Source: Eledone cirrhosa
Lineage: Eukaryota
Direction of reading: 5' to 3'
Length of the DNA: 64,000 bases
Assembly (NCBI GenBank): GCA_964016885.1
Contig: OZ024740.1
Coordinates: 191,952,001 to 192,016,000, forward strand
Shown piece by piece: positions 45,966 through 57,203 of this stretch; the stretch's first letter is position 1, and every line of letters begins with the position of its first letter. The notes under the pieces were generated by a model, which saw only the letters and a program-made list of their open reading frames with translations, was not told where the DNA came from and ran no database searches. The translations under genes were made by a program, and so were the position numbers.

Positions 45966-46271
45966 ATTCTTCTTTTTGGTAAATATCATATTGGTTAAGA
46001 GAGTGGGACTGGCTTTGTGCAGTGCCTTTGGTCACTATAAAAGCTTCACGGCACAGGCATTGCTTTATATCTGGAGAACTCTCTGCACTTGTCGTCATAT
46101 GGTACCATGGGCCCAGCCCTATGTGTCAATAATTGTCACAAGTGCAGTGTTTGTACCAGAGTTTTCAAGTCGCTGGCTGGACTAAAAAGTCACACTCGTT
46201 TAGCGCATCAGTAGCGGTTCTCCTACATGGATATGAAGTAGTGGCCGTACTCGAAAACGAGTTGGCAGCCA

Positions 46272-46274
<3 letters not shown>
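45966..46274 (+). mobile_element. RTE-like LINE 3' end with C2H2 finger; second copy at 50704-51011
   Basis: HKCSVCTRVFKSLAGLKSHTRLAHQ* (C-x2-C-x12-H-x4-H), then the stem-loop ggccgtactcgaaaacgagttggcagccacc. Confidence 0.65.
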
Positions 46275-46324
<50 letters not shown>

Positions 46325-49300
46325 CGTGCGTCTGTATATATATATCTATATAGAGAGAGAGGGAATGCGGAAGATATAGGTAGATATGCACACTTTTGTA
46401 ATATCTGCGCCTCTACACAAGAACGTCAAGTGCTAACTGACGTACGTTAAAATCATTCAAATAACTTTCTAGTACTTTCATGTAAAGCATTATTAGAAGG
46501 TGTGCGCAACCATATTTTAATATGTATTACATTTATCAAGATTTTAGACTGCAACTATACATGTTGCCGCTTTGTATTATTGTGCATAACATGTCACATT
46601 TGACTATTGAGATTCTGCATTCTTCAGTGAAAAAAGAATTGTACAATAAATCTAACTATACAAACTTTGAGGTATTTCTATACATATATGATTAATAATT
46701 TTTAGTCATTTTTAACATAAAATGCTATGAAAGAAATAGCATCCTGTGAGCTACCTTCATTTCAGTGTTTGTTATTATCAATCACATCATGGCAGAACTA
46801 TTTGACATATCACAGCCCTCCTCAACATATAGCGATATAAGAAACTCACTATAAGAAACTATAGAGTAAACTGATATATACCATATCGATGATTTTACCA
46901 TATTTCAATAAACTACATAACTTTCTTATTTTTTTCCTAATTAGACGCTTCATGCATTCATATAATGACAATCAATGTTTTAAACATAATTGTCCTAACG
47001 GCCTGAAGCAACTATGCTTGCAACCAATATTCAAATACATATTCTGTAGAATTATTACTAAAGTGAAATACTACCTTAATATCTACGTTACCTATATTGC
47101 ATAGTTTTAACTGTATTTTTGAAACATTAACAAAACATATTTATAATAGATATGCTTATGTTAGTAATACACTTTTATAATATTTCTGCTTTAAGTATTA
47201 ATGTTAATATTCGCAGGTAAATGGAAAAAAAAAAATCTCTCGGAAAAGAAGCATATTGTATTTTATTCACAATTACCGCCTATTGTTTTGTTTCATTTAA
47301 CTTATTTGTATACATACACACAACTACTCTACTGAACTTAATGCATTGTGTATAAAACGTAACTAAAATCTACATATGGCTCTGAAATTGAATAATAGTA
47401 TAATTACCGGCATTATAAAATGGCGCAGCATATTAATTTAAATACATAATGGGATATATTATCCAGTCCCTTTCTCGTTAAAGGTTTTCATATTTTATGT
47501 CTCCAAATGCATTTTAATTTATTTATTAAAACATTGAATCCTCGAATTGAAACATTATTAATATGTAATGGGAAATGTATACACATATTCAGTTGAGCAC
47601 TTCTATTTTACTTTGGCAATTAAGGCCATTATCGTGTATCTAATACACTTAGAGATGATATGTACTTCATATTAGACATTAGTTAAATGTCTACTACCCC
47701 AAACTCAAATCTAGTCAGATTATAAGCCACAATCTTATACACTGGCTAATATAAAAAGCAAACTGCTGATGAATGATGTCGTGAGAGGTGCACCAACTCA
47801 GTGAGTATGAAATTCCTGTATGTATATTTTACACAATTTTATTATATTCCATAATTATGTAACTTGTAAAAAATCAAACACTCTTATATACTTGATTATC
47901 GTTCCGTTGTAAATATTAAATATGATTTTGAAAAGCTAATGTAAAAATGCATTAAGCAAAGGATATAGTTGTAAATGCGGCAAGTTCGTGGCTTGATCAA
48001 TATGGGGTGGGGGTACTTTTGTAGTTTATCAATGTATGCCATGAGTTTCTCGGCAACACATGGAATCAAAGCTAAATGATGAGGGAAAATACAAATAGTA
48101 AATATATTAATAGCCGACGTAACTTATTTCAATGTTTTATATATCCGATTCTTTTAATAAGTTACCAAAAATTACATCGTGAAAGTTTAAGGATTTCCGC
48201 TCCGCATAGAACCACCTGCGAAGACAATGTCTTTGCTATCGAAACTCATGATTTCCCGACTAACCTTTGTGAAAACAAGGAAGGATTGCTAGGCATTTGG
48301 AATAAATCCAATTTCTAAAACTATATTCGGCCTTATATCTTCATCTACTTTCATGGCCATTCGAGTGCATAATATTGTATTAACGTTGTTAATGTCTCAG
48401 GCAAGGTACACATGCATATACTAATGTTCCATTTCATTAGAGCTGCGGACTTATTCTATACATGGAATACATATGTACAAATTATTATTCATATGAAATA
48501 TAGGTGATTAGTTGATATTTTGAGGTAATATATGCGTTTGTTGGTATGAACACTATTTCATTGAGTTGTTTTCTACTGAATACCGAACATTCAAATAAAA
48601 GTAACTGTTTACACTTTCTGTGTTTAAATTTATTTTGTATGCAAATATTTCTAGCTTTGCAATCAATATAAATCAACACCTACTGTAGGCTTTCATATGT
48701 TTGTGATGGTTCACGTATTTACAGAGGTTTCATCTGGAAAGAACCTGAAATGTCAGATAACTGGACGGATACAATGGTTAATGTATTCTAACAAAATGGA
48801 TATGATAGCTATGACTCAGAAACATGATCAAAGAGAAACAAACAATAACAATTAAGTACGTTGCCATTGGATTATATATGTTCTAATGGGCAGATATCGA
48901 CGATATATTCATCGGTAGATATTGAGGTGCAATAAAAACATGTCTATCAAATATCATACGTTTATTTACAATATACTGTGATATACTATATTTGAGGCGC
49001 TATTGATCCAACATATATATTGTCTTAGAAATGTCTCAACGAGGGTAGTGAATATATAATTCTTATTTTTAGGAGCTTGTGTACAATGCCTGTAATATTT
49101 ATGCTGATACAATGCATATTGTTTTTCACCCCCATATATGAAGACATCAGCCTGAATATAAATAAAAATGAACCAAACACGGTTAATAAATGTTAGGAAA
49201 AAGTGTTTATTTGCTTTCCGATAATCTATATATCATCATAATTCTATTTATATAACAGTCCAACCAATTACTGCTGAGTATTTCTGTCATATATACATGT

Positions 49301-49329
49301 ATATATAAGTATTCGTATATACATGCATA

Positions 49330-49360
<31 letters not shown>

Positions 49361-49500
49361 TTAGTATATCTTGGTGTTATACCAACGCATCAGTATGCAG
49401 AATGGAGCACTCGACGAAGTGCGCAGGTTGGTTTGGTTACTCCGAAGTAATGTAAAATAAAATAAACAAGTCTAATGTTTAAAATTTGGCTTCGTTTATT

Positions 49501-49555
49501 ACTGCTATATATATTTCGGTGACAGCCATCTTTGGCTGTGACCTCTTCAGGCAGT
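49501..49555 (-). ncRNA. Type I minimal hammerhead ribozyme, canonical
   Basis: ACTGC-CTGAAGA-GGTcACAGCCA-aaga-TGGCTGTcACC-GAAA-TATATA-TA-GCAGT-AATAAA. Confidence 0.92.
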
Positions 49556-49720
49556 CCGAGTTAGTGTAGTAGAGATGAGTACACATGTTGTTGAGGTGTT
49601 TAACTTTGTCAACACTCTGATATGCCCTGTTCCTGGTTGGGTTGTTATTTCACTGAGGAACTGGAAGAGTATTGACAAAGTTAAACACCTCAACAACTCG
49701 TCTCTACCACACTAATTCGG

Positions 49721-49775
49721 ACTGCCTGAAGAGGTCGCAGCCAAAGATGGCTGTCACCGAAATCTATATACCAGT
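49721..49775 (+). ncRNA. Type I hammerhead, mirror copy
   Basis: ACTGC-CTGAAGA-GGTcGCAGCCA-aaga-TGGCTGTcACC-GAAA-TCTATA-TA-cCAGT: core intact, one stem I mismatch. Confidence 0.8.
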
Positions 49776-50500
49776 AACAAACGAAGCCAAATTTTAAACA
49801 TTTGATTTATTTATTTTATTTTATATATATATATATTCCCCTCTGCAAAAGTAACTTTAACAGACAAACTTTAAACACACACACAGAAACACACACAACA
49901 ACCCCACACATATTTACGCAAACAACACTCGTATATGTGTACTCTTGTATATACACCCTCACACTCTCTCCATACATGTGTGTGGGTATGTGTGTATGTG
50001 TGTGTGGGGGGGGGGGATGCACACATCCCAACCTACCACACTAGTGAGCGCCTACAACCCCCTACCTCCTTTTGAACTATTGACAACTAGATTACTCAAA
50101 ACAGTCAGAGCACATTTCTCACACCAAAAAAACATCTTGGCGTAATTTCCTGCCAACTTTTCAGGAGGCATTATGGAAGAAGTTTTACTCAAACATTCGT
50201 TTTTCTATTTTAATTTTAAACCTTTTTTTTACTCCCTTTTTAATTAATTTTATGCACTGAATTTGACAAGATGGATCTTAATACATCGAATCCAGTAATG
50301 TTCTCATACACATTATATACTTCATGGAAAACATTTCAAAAAAGAATTGTCCCTCTCATTTTTTAAAAACATCATGTTTTTAATAACACTATTTTTTCAA
50401 AATGTCACTTTGATGATTCAAAGAAGAAAAACAGACCCTTAAACATATCTCCCGTGCTATATCTAACTTCATCTTTTCTCTCTCTCTCTCTCTCTCTCGC

Positions 50501-50603
<103 letters not shown>

Positions 50604-50703
50604 GCATATATCTATTCATAAATTTATGCATGTATGTATCAATGAGAAGGAAAACTCTGATACAACACCTACAACACTGATGGTATCCAATGATGTTGAC
50701 TTG

Positions 50704-51011
50704 TTCTTCTTTTTGGTAAATATCATCTTGGTTACGAGAGTGGGACTGGCTTTGTGCAGTGACTTTGGTCACTATAAAAGCTTCACGGCACAGGCATTGC
50801 TTTATATCTGGAGATCTCTCTGCATTTGTCGTCACATGGTACCATGGGCCCAGCACTATGTGTCAATAATTGTCACAGGTGCAGTGTTTGTGCCAGAGTT
50901 TTCAAGTCGTTGGCTGCACTAAGAAGTCGCACTCGTTCGGCGCATCGGTGGGGGTTCTCCTACATGGATATAAAGTAGTGGCCGTACTCGAAAACGAGTT
51001 GGCAGCCACCA
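50704..51011 (+). mobile_element. RTE-like LINE 3' end with C2H2 finger (copy of 45966-46274)
   Basis: Colinear and highly similar to 45966-46274. Confidence 0.65.
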
Positions 51012-51044
51012 TGCACATAGGTATTTATGCATATATATATATAT

Positions 51045-51560
51045 ACTTAAGGTAAATATTGATGCAATTCAATTCAAGCTTTCAACGTACTTTTTCCACA
51101 TAGGAGTGATGGAGTATATATCGAATAAGAAAGCGAAGTAGTTTCAAATGTTAAAGTCCTTTAATAATAATTGTTTCTACTTTAGGCACAAGGCCAGCAA
51201 TTACTCAGTGCATTACTGGTACTTTATTTTATCGACCCCGTAAGGATGAAAGGCAAAGTCAAAATCGGCGGGATTTGAACTCAGATCGTAAAGGGACGTA
51301 ACTATGCTGGAAAGCATGGCGTCCGACCCTCTACTGATACTGCCAATCCACCGCCCTTAACAAGTACTTTAATAATAATGCTGTGATACATATTTCAATG
51401 ACAACAGTGGCCACACGGTTCGGTGCGCCCAGTCCCGTGACATTATCAGACAGCTTGTTATATAATAAGTTTGTTTCCGAAGCAATCCAAATTGAATCGA
51501 CATGGAAACGAACAAAGTGTGTGCTCTAGAGTTCATCGCCCGTTCCTTTGTGAGTCCCAA
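51045..51560 (-). mobile_element. PLE pLTR end with hammerhead at 51380-51454, interrupted by a SINE; paralog at 53365-53660
   Basis: GCTGT-CTGATAA-long stem II-GAAA-TATGTA-TC-ACAGC. The paralog at 53488-53563 has CTGGTGA, so the consensus is CTGATGA. Confidence 0.72.
51172..51358 (-). mobile_element. tRNA-derived SINE, full length, 13-bp TSD
   Basis: Near-identical to 24447-24632. TSD ctttaataataat at 51159-51171 and 51367-51379. Confidence 0.92.
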
Positions 51561-52405
51561 TTCACCCCCACCGGTCTGCGCAGGCGCAAGTCCAAAGGAA
51601 GTTGACCATCAACTACCGCAGAGTTCAACGAAACACGCCTAGGCATATCCCCCTCTCAACCAAACAATGACCCCATCCAGGCCTGTAATATAACACGGTT
51701 ACAGCTTAGTGCTAGCCACCCAGTTAGTGGCAGTCGGCCGAAAGTTAGTGGGGGTGGGAGAGTATGAGTATCAATAGGTCCCACTACTACCCCTAAATTA
51801 AGCATGGACAGTAGAATTGACCATCAACCGCTAAGAGAATATATACTTATTTCTACGTATTATGGTTTCACAGTGTAAATTATAAATGAGAGCTGGAAAT
51901 TAACACTAAAAATTATAAATCAAAAATCAAAAATCAAAAATTTACAAGTTGGAATCTAGATTGAAGTAAGTAAAACATATATATGTACATATGATAACTA
52001 ATAAACAGGGAGATGTTTAAGTCATAGTAAGAAGTTTTGAAAGTGGGATCAATCTTACAGATATATTATCTACATATTGAACGATACTACCGTACAGTAG
52101 AACGGGGGGTAGATTACAGTATGAAGCGTAGTAGTTAGGCGAATACATAGTTAATATCTCTATCACATGGAACAAAACAAAAATGCAAGGTATCACATTG
52201 ACAAAAAATACAAAAAAACACATGAAATACATAGATGTAAATGAGATAGGAGATATATATAAGAAACATATGCGAAGAAGGTAATGAGGGTATATGGAAA
52301 TGAGGGTATATGTGGTTAATATGATTGTCAATTTGTCCATATAAAGGTTTGTTTTCTGGTGAAGTGAGGGGGCTTCTGTTCAAGGCCTCTGTGCAGATTC
52401 TATTT

Positions 52406-52472
<67 letters not shown>

Positions 52473-52870
52473 GGTGTGTGTGTGTGTGTGTGTGTGGGAG
52501 AGAAAGAGAGAGAGTGTGTGTGTGAGTGTGCGTGTGTGTGTGTAAGGGTTCAATAGGGGGTAAGCATAGTAAGTAAGGTACTCAATACATAGTAGAGTAT
52601 AAATATTTAATTCATAATTGGTTTCTACCTGGATTAGAACTGTTTCATTCGGGCGAAATTGTGATGAAGGCGACTATCAATGTAATTGGTGGTATTTATA
52701 CATCTTTTGATGGTAGGAGTGGGTAGAAGTCTTTGATTGACTGATTTAAAGGAAGGGGATTCTTTAAAAACTATATTTAGGGAAAATCGGTGATACAAAG
52801 TCAGAAAGACATTCACGCTAAATACCTATAGACAAACGCAAACACACACACACAGAAACAGAGAAACACG

Positions 52871-52929
<59 letters not shown>

Positions 52930-52941
52930 TCACATACATAT

Positions 52942-53084
<143 letters not shown>

Positions 53085-53097
53085 TCTACATATATAT

Positions 53098-53134
<37 letters not shown>

Positions 53135-53195
53135 TCTACATATATATATACATACATATGTATATATATATATATATATTTATCTACATATATAT

Positions 53196-53243
<48 letters not shown>

Positions 53244-53260
53244 CTACATATATATATACA

Positions 53261-53314
<54 letters not shown>

Positions 53315-53325
53315 TATATATATAA

Positions 53326-53361
<36 letters not shown>

Positions 53362-53364
53362 AAT

Positions 53365-53660
53365 TACGGTAAACCTTGTTGCAATTCAATTCAAACACTC
53401 TTACTTTTTCCACATTGGAATGACGCAGTAGATTTTGAATAAGAATATCCGGTCTAGTTTCAGATGTTAAAGTCCTTTATTGATTAGGCTGTGATACATA
53501 TTTCAATGAATTATTGTGGCCACACAATTCCGTGAACCCTGTGACATGACATCACCAGACAGCTTCTTACATAAACAAATGTTATGTTCCCGTGGCAATC
53601 GAAATTGAAACGACAAGGGAACATACAAAGTGCGTGTTCCTGAGTTCTTCCCCCATTCCC
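53365..53660 (-). mobile_element. PLE pLTR end with hammerhead at 53488-53563
   Basis: GCTGT-CTGGTGA-..-GAAA-TATGTA-TC-ACAGC..AATAAA. Colinear with 51045-51560 without the SINE. Confidence 0.7.
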
Positions 53661-53759
53661 ATACATAAACACACACACACACACACACACACACGCGCAT
53701 ACATATATATATATATATATATATACATTCTCATACCCACACATATACGTACACACCAT

Positions 53760-54265
53760 AACTAGGAGTTTCTTCAAATTGCTGAATGAACACTTCGCCA
53801 CACATCATAGGCAATACACTCTCTTTAATAAGAATAAAATATGACTCTCCTACTCCATTACACCTAACTTAGCTAGGAGTATCCCTAAATCAAATAAGCC
53901 TACAACTGCTAAATTAAATAAGCCTCCTACGTCCGAAACCCCTCCCTGTGCGGGAGCATTGTGCAACTTCCAAAATAAGGAAGCTTCCCCACTCAAAAAT
54001 AAATGGCTGACGAACGGCATCGTATTTAAATGTGATGTCGTCTCAGGCATTGATGACAAAAACATAAGGATATATATCGGAATGTCTGCCAACAATTTTA
54101 AGACCTGGTGGTATGCTCATACCCTCTCGTTCAGAGACCGTACGAATTCAATCAGACAACACTCGCCTCAAGTGGAACTACATCCCTTTCACGCTTAAAT
54201 GGAAATTACTCCAGAGAGCCCGCTCACACATGGGAGGACACAGGTGATGCCAAGTGCCAGACACT
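53760..54265 (+). pseudogene. Decayed YRDD-type PLE linker/GIY-YIG fragment
   Basis: SFFKLLNEHFATHHRQYTLFNKNKI*LSYSITPNL..CNFQNKEASPLKNK..IVFKCDV..YIGMSANNFKTWWYAHTLSF. Confidence 0.75.
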
Positions 54266-55234
54266 AAGCAAACTCTCTGAACAATTCCTTAAATACATAC
54301 ACAAACACTTTGCAATACACAAATATTTCAAGAAGAAGAAGAGGAAAATGAGGAGAAGTAGAAGAAGAAGGAGAAGAAGAAGAAGAAGAAGAAGAAGAAG
54401 AAGAAGATGAAGAAGAAGAAGAAGAAGAAGAAGAAGACGAACGTGGTATTGATATTTATGTAAAATATCTTGCGGCTATTTATTTATAATCGTATGAAAA
54501 ATATCGGAGGGGCCCTCACCATTCGGCATGTATTGATTGTAAAAATATATTTCACAAGAGCATGTTTAGATGTACAAATCAAGTCTTTGATATTTGCACG
54601 TGAATTTTAATGTAATGTTATCCGTCACATCGAAGGCAACATGGAAGATGATGTCATCTATTTTTTTTTATATTCGATTTAATTTTCTATACAAACACCA
54701 ATAGGAATATAACATATCTTTAATTCTAGGCAGCTAGTTAGCTGAGGTTTTATAATGTCGAGATTTCTCCGTTGCGAATTCTAATCTCATCGGGAGAATT
54801 CTTCTTCTCACTCTATCGGAAATATATTCCCCCTTCCTCTTTTATCATTTCTCGGAATCGACTCTGACCTATTTCAGACCTTTTCGGCATCACACCTATT
54901 AGTACGTACCGGGGAGTTGCTCCTGCCTTTCTAAGTTATATCCAAACACCACCCGACGGCCCAAAACTTTCTCTCCATTTTAAACTTTTCTCGATTACTG
55001 GAAATTAAAGTAATGTTAGGACATAGATATTCCTGCCAAATAAAACGTGAACTGCTCCGCGTCATGGATGCATTTAAAACGAAATAAGAGATGCGTATTT
55101 TACACCACTGAAACTATTGTCAGAAATATATCTGTATTTATACATTTTACCCGATTTTCCACAAACAGTTTGGATGATTGTCAATTTAGAATACAAAACT
55201 AAACATTTAAAAATCACGGTAATACACAGTTTTG

Positions 55235-55296
<62 letters not shown>

Positions 55297-55301
<5 letters not shown>

Positions 55302-56240
55302 AATAATAACAGGTAGACATCATAAAAAGGTAATTTATTATGTGTGCTTACACATGTTTCCACGGTGGTTATACAGCCTAGTTATGCTATGTGCAAATTA
55401 ATAACTAATTGCAAAACTCAATTATCAAATGCTGTGACCACAGTATCATCAGAGCAGAATGGTTAAAATGTACAATGTAAATACACTAAGGGAGGTTATT
55501 GGGGGTGATACAGTAGAAAAGGAAGAGAGAAAAGAAGGGGAGAGGGAGAGAGAGAGTGAGATATGCAGGGGTTGGATAAATGGGAGAGAGTGGTGTGTAG
55601 ATATCTTAATCAACATGTTGTGGTAGGCCTTTTATTATACTGGTTACTCTTAAAGCGACCACCTTAAGCCATGCGTTGATAGTCAAGTTTGGGATTATGT
55701 ATTGCCCCAGAAGGCAGGTTCATAGATGTGGAGAGGGAGGGAGGTAGACCAAGGGCAGGAGAGAGGAAGAACGAGAGAGATATAGAGAGAGCGTGGAATG
55801 GATAGAGAGGGAGATATAGAGAGGGGACAGACGAAAGCCATGGGGTGGGTGTACATTTGGTTCATAGTAGTAATCTGCGAATTGCACTAAGTTTCCATTT
55901 ATAGTGATAAGAAGGGCATTGTCTTGTAGTGTGGGGGAAGAGAAAGTGCTTAGCTAGAAAGCAATGTTACAGTTATGGGTTCGAATAAATTTGCACATAG
56001 CATAACTAGGCTGTATAACCACCGTGGAAACATTTGTAAGCACACAGAATAAATTACCTTTTTAAGATGTCTACCTGTTATCATTGATTAGTTAACTACA
56101 CTCTGGAATACAGAAGGATAAAGAACTAAGTTTCTTCAACAATTCTTCCATAACTCGTTCAGTAACCTCTCACCGTACGTCAACTCTATCCAGTGTAGTA
56201 ATTAACCATTACTGCATCCAGGATAATCCTATACCTAATA

Positions 56241-56245
<5 letters not shown>
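55297..56245. mobile_element. Non-coding cassette with inverted pLTR ends: full hammerhead on the left arm, half on the right
   Basis: 55300-55399 is the reverse complement of 55988-56085. The right arm continues into a tail up to 56245. (TA)n on both sides. Confidence 0.78.
55345..55456 (-). ncRNA. Type I hammerhead ribozyme with extended stem II
   Basis: TGCT-CTGATGA-TACtGTGGTcACAGC..GCTGTataACCACcGTG-GAAAC-ATGT-GTA-AGCA..AATAAA. Confidence 0.8.
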
Positions 56246-56287
<42 letters not shown>

Positions 56288-56291
<4 letters not shown>

Positions 56292-56788
56292 ATACGTGGG
56301 GAATGTCATATTGTTATAATAATATTGTCGGAAATAATAACAGAACGCACTCACTGTTTGGTTGGTTTTCGCTTCTGTATCTTTTATATCTGCACAGCTA
56401 ATTCATTTTGGTAATCAAGGTTTATCATTGACTGACCAACGGTCAACAATACAGATATAAATACATATATATTGTCTAACAACGTTCTTTCGTTGCACAT
56501 CTGTAACATCATCAGTGGTACTATTAAAATAAAAATGGCGTAGATATACAATACATCAGTAGGAACATAATAGTAGCACTGATGATGTTGTAGATGTGCA
56601 ACGGAAGAACTTTGTTAGACAATATATATGTATTTTATCCTTATTGTTTACCGTTGGTCAGTCAATGATAAACATTAACTGTGGAGATATAAAATATGCA
56701 GTAGCGAAAACCAACCAAACAGTGAGTTTGTTCTGTTATTATTTCTGGCAATATTATTGCAAAAATATGACCCTCCCCAAGTAGAACA
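56288..56788. mobile_element. ~500-bp foldback MITE with TGT..ACA termini and ATAT TSD (Ginger-like)
   Basis: The whole element is an imperfect palindrome. Termini are TGTTATAC and GTAGAACA, flanked by atat. Lone termini at 12467-12500 and 38175-38202. Confidence 0.75.
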
Positions 56789-56834
56789 ATATTTGTTTCG
56801 ACAACGATTTCATATCAAAAACCTCGCAAAACAA

Positions 56835-56890
<56 letters not shown>

Positions 56891-56892
<2 letters not shown>

Positions 56893-57073
56893 CGAAGGAA
56901 ATGTGGTAAGGAACCAGGTGGACCATAATGTACCAAAGTACTCAATACTTAGGGTAATAGGAACGAGTAGGACCCCGACGGCTGAGCTCATGCCGTTTCG
57001 ACGGCTAATTCTGGTCCAGAATTAGCCGTCGAGACGGCTTGAGCTCAGCCGTCGGGGTCCTACTCGTTCCTAT
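56891..57073 (+). mobile_element. Hairpin-element family copy (117-bp near-perfect palindrome at 56957-57073)
   Basis: ataggaacgagtaggaccccgacggctgagctca.gccgt.tcgacggctaattctgg|ccagaattagccgtcga.acggc.tgagctcagccgtcggggtcctactcgttcctat, set within (TA)n. Confidence 0.8.
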
Positions 57074-57113
57074 ATATATATATATATATATATATATGGG
57101 TGTGTGTGTGTGT

Positions 57114-57203
<90 letters not shown>

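Larger units (their letters stand above)
49360..49820. mobile_element. Palindromic double-hammerhead cassette
   Basis: 49455-49618 is the reverse complement of 49666-49820. The left arm has a further ~95-bp tail containing GAGTGC. (TA)n on both sides. Confidence 0.85.

Noticed and set aside
46125-46210. C2H2 finger as a host zinc-finger gene exon
   Set aside because: It is a single finger followed by a LINE-type 3' stem-loop, duplicated nearby and with upstream stops. It fits an RTE 3' end better.
48685-48750. Minus-strand AG..GT bounded exon candidate
   Set aside because: Stops in all three frames and no other support.
52630-52816. Possible Neptune-type PLE linker fragment
   Set aside because: The similarity is too weak to call by eye.
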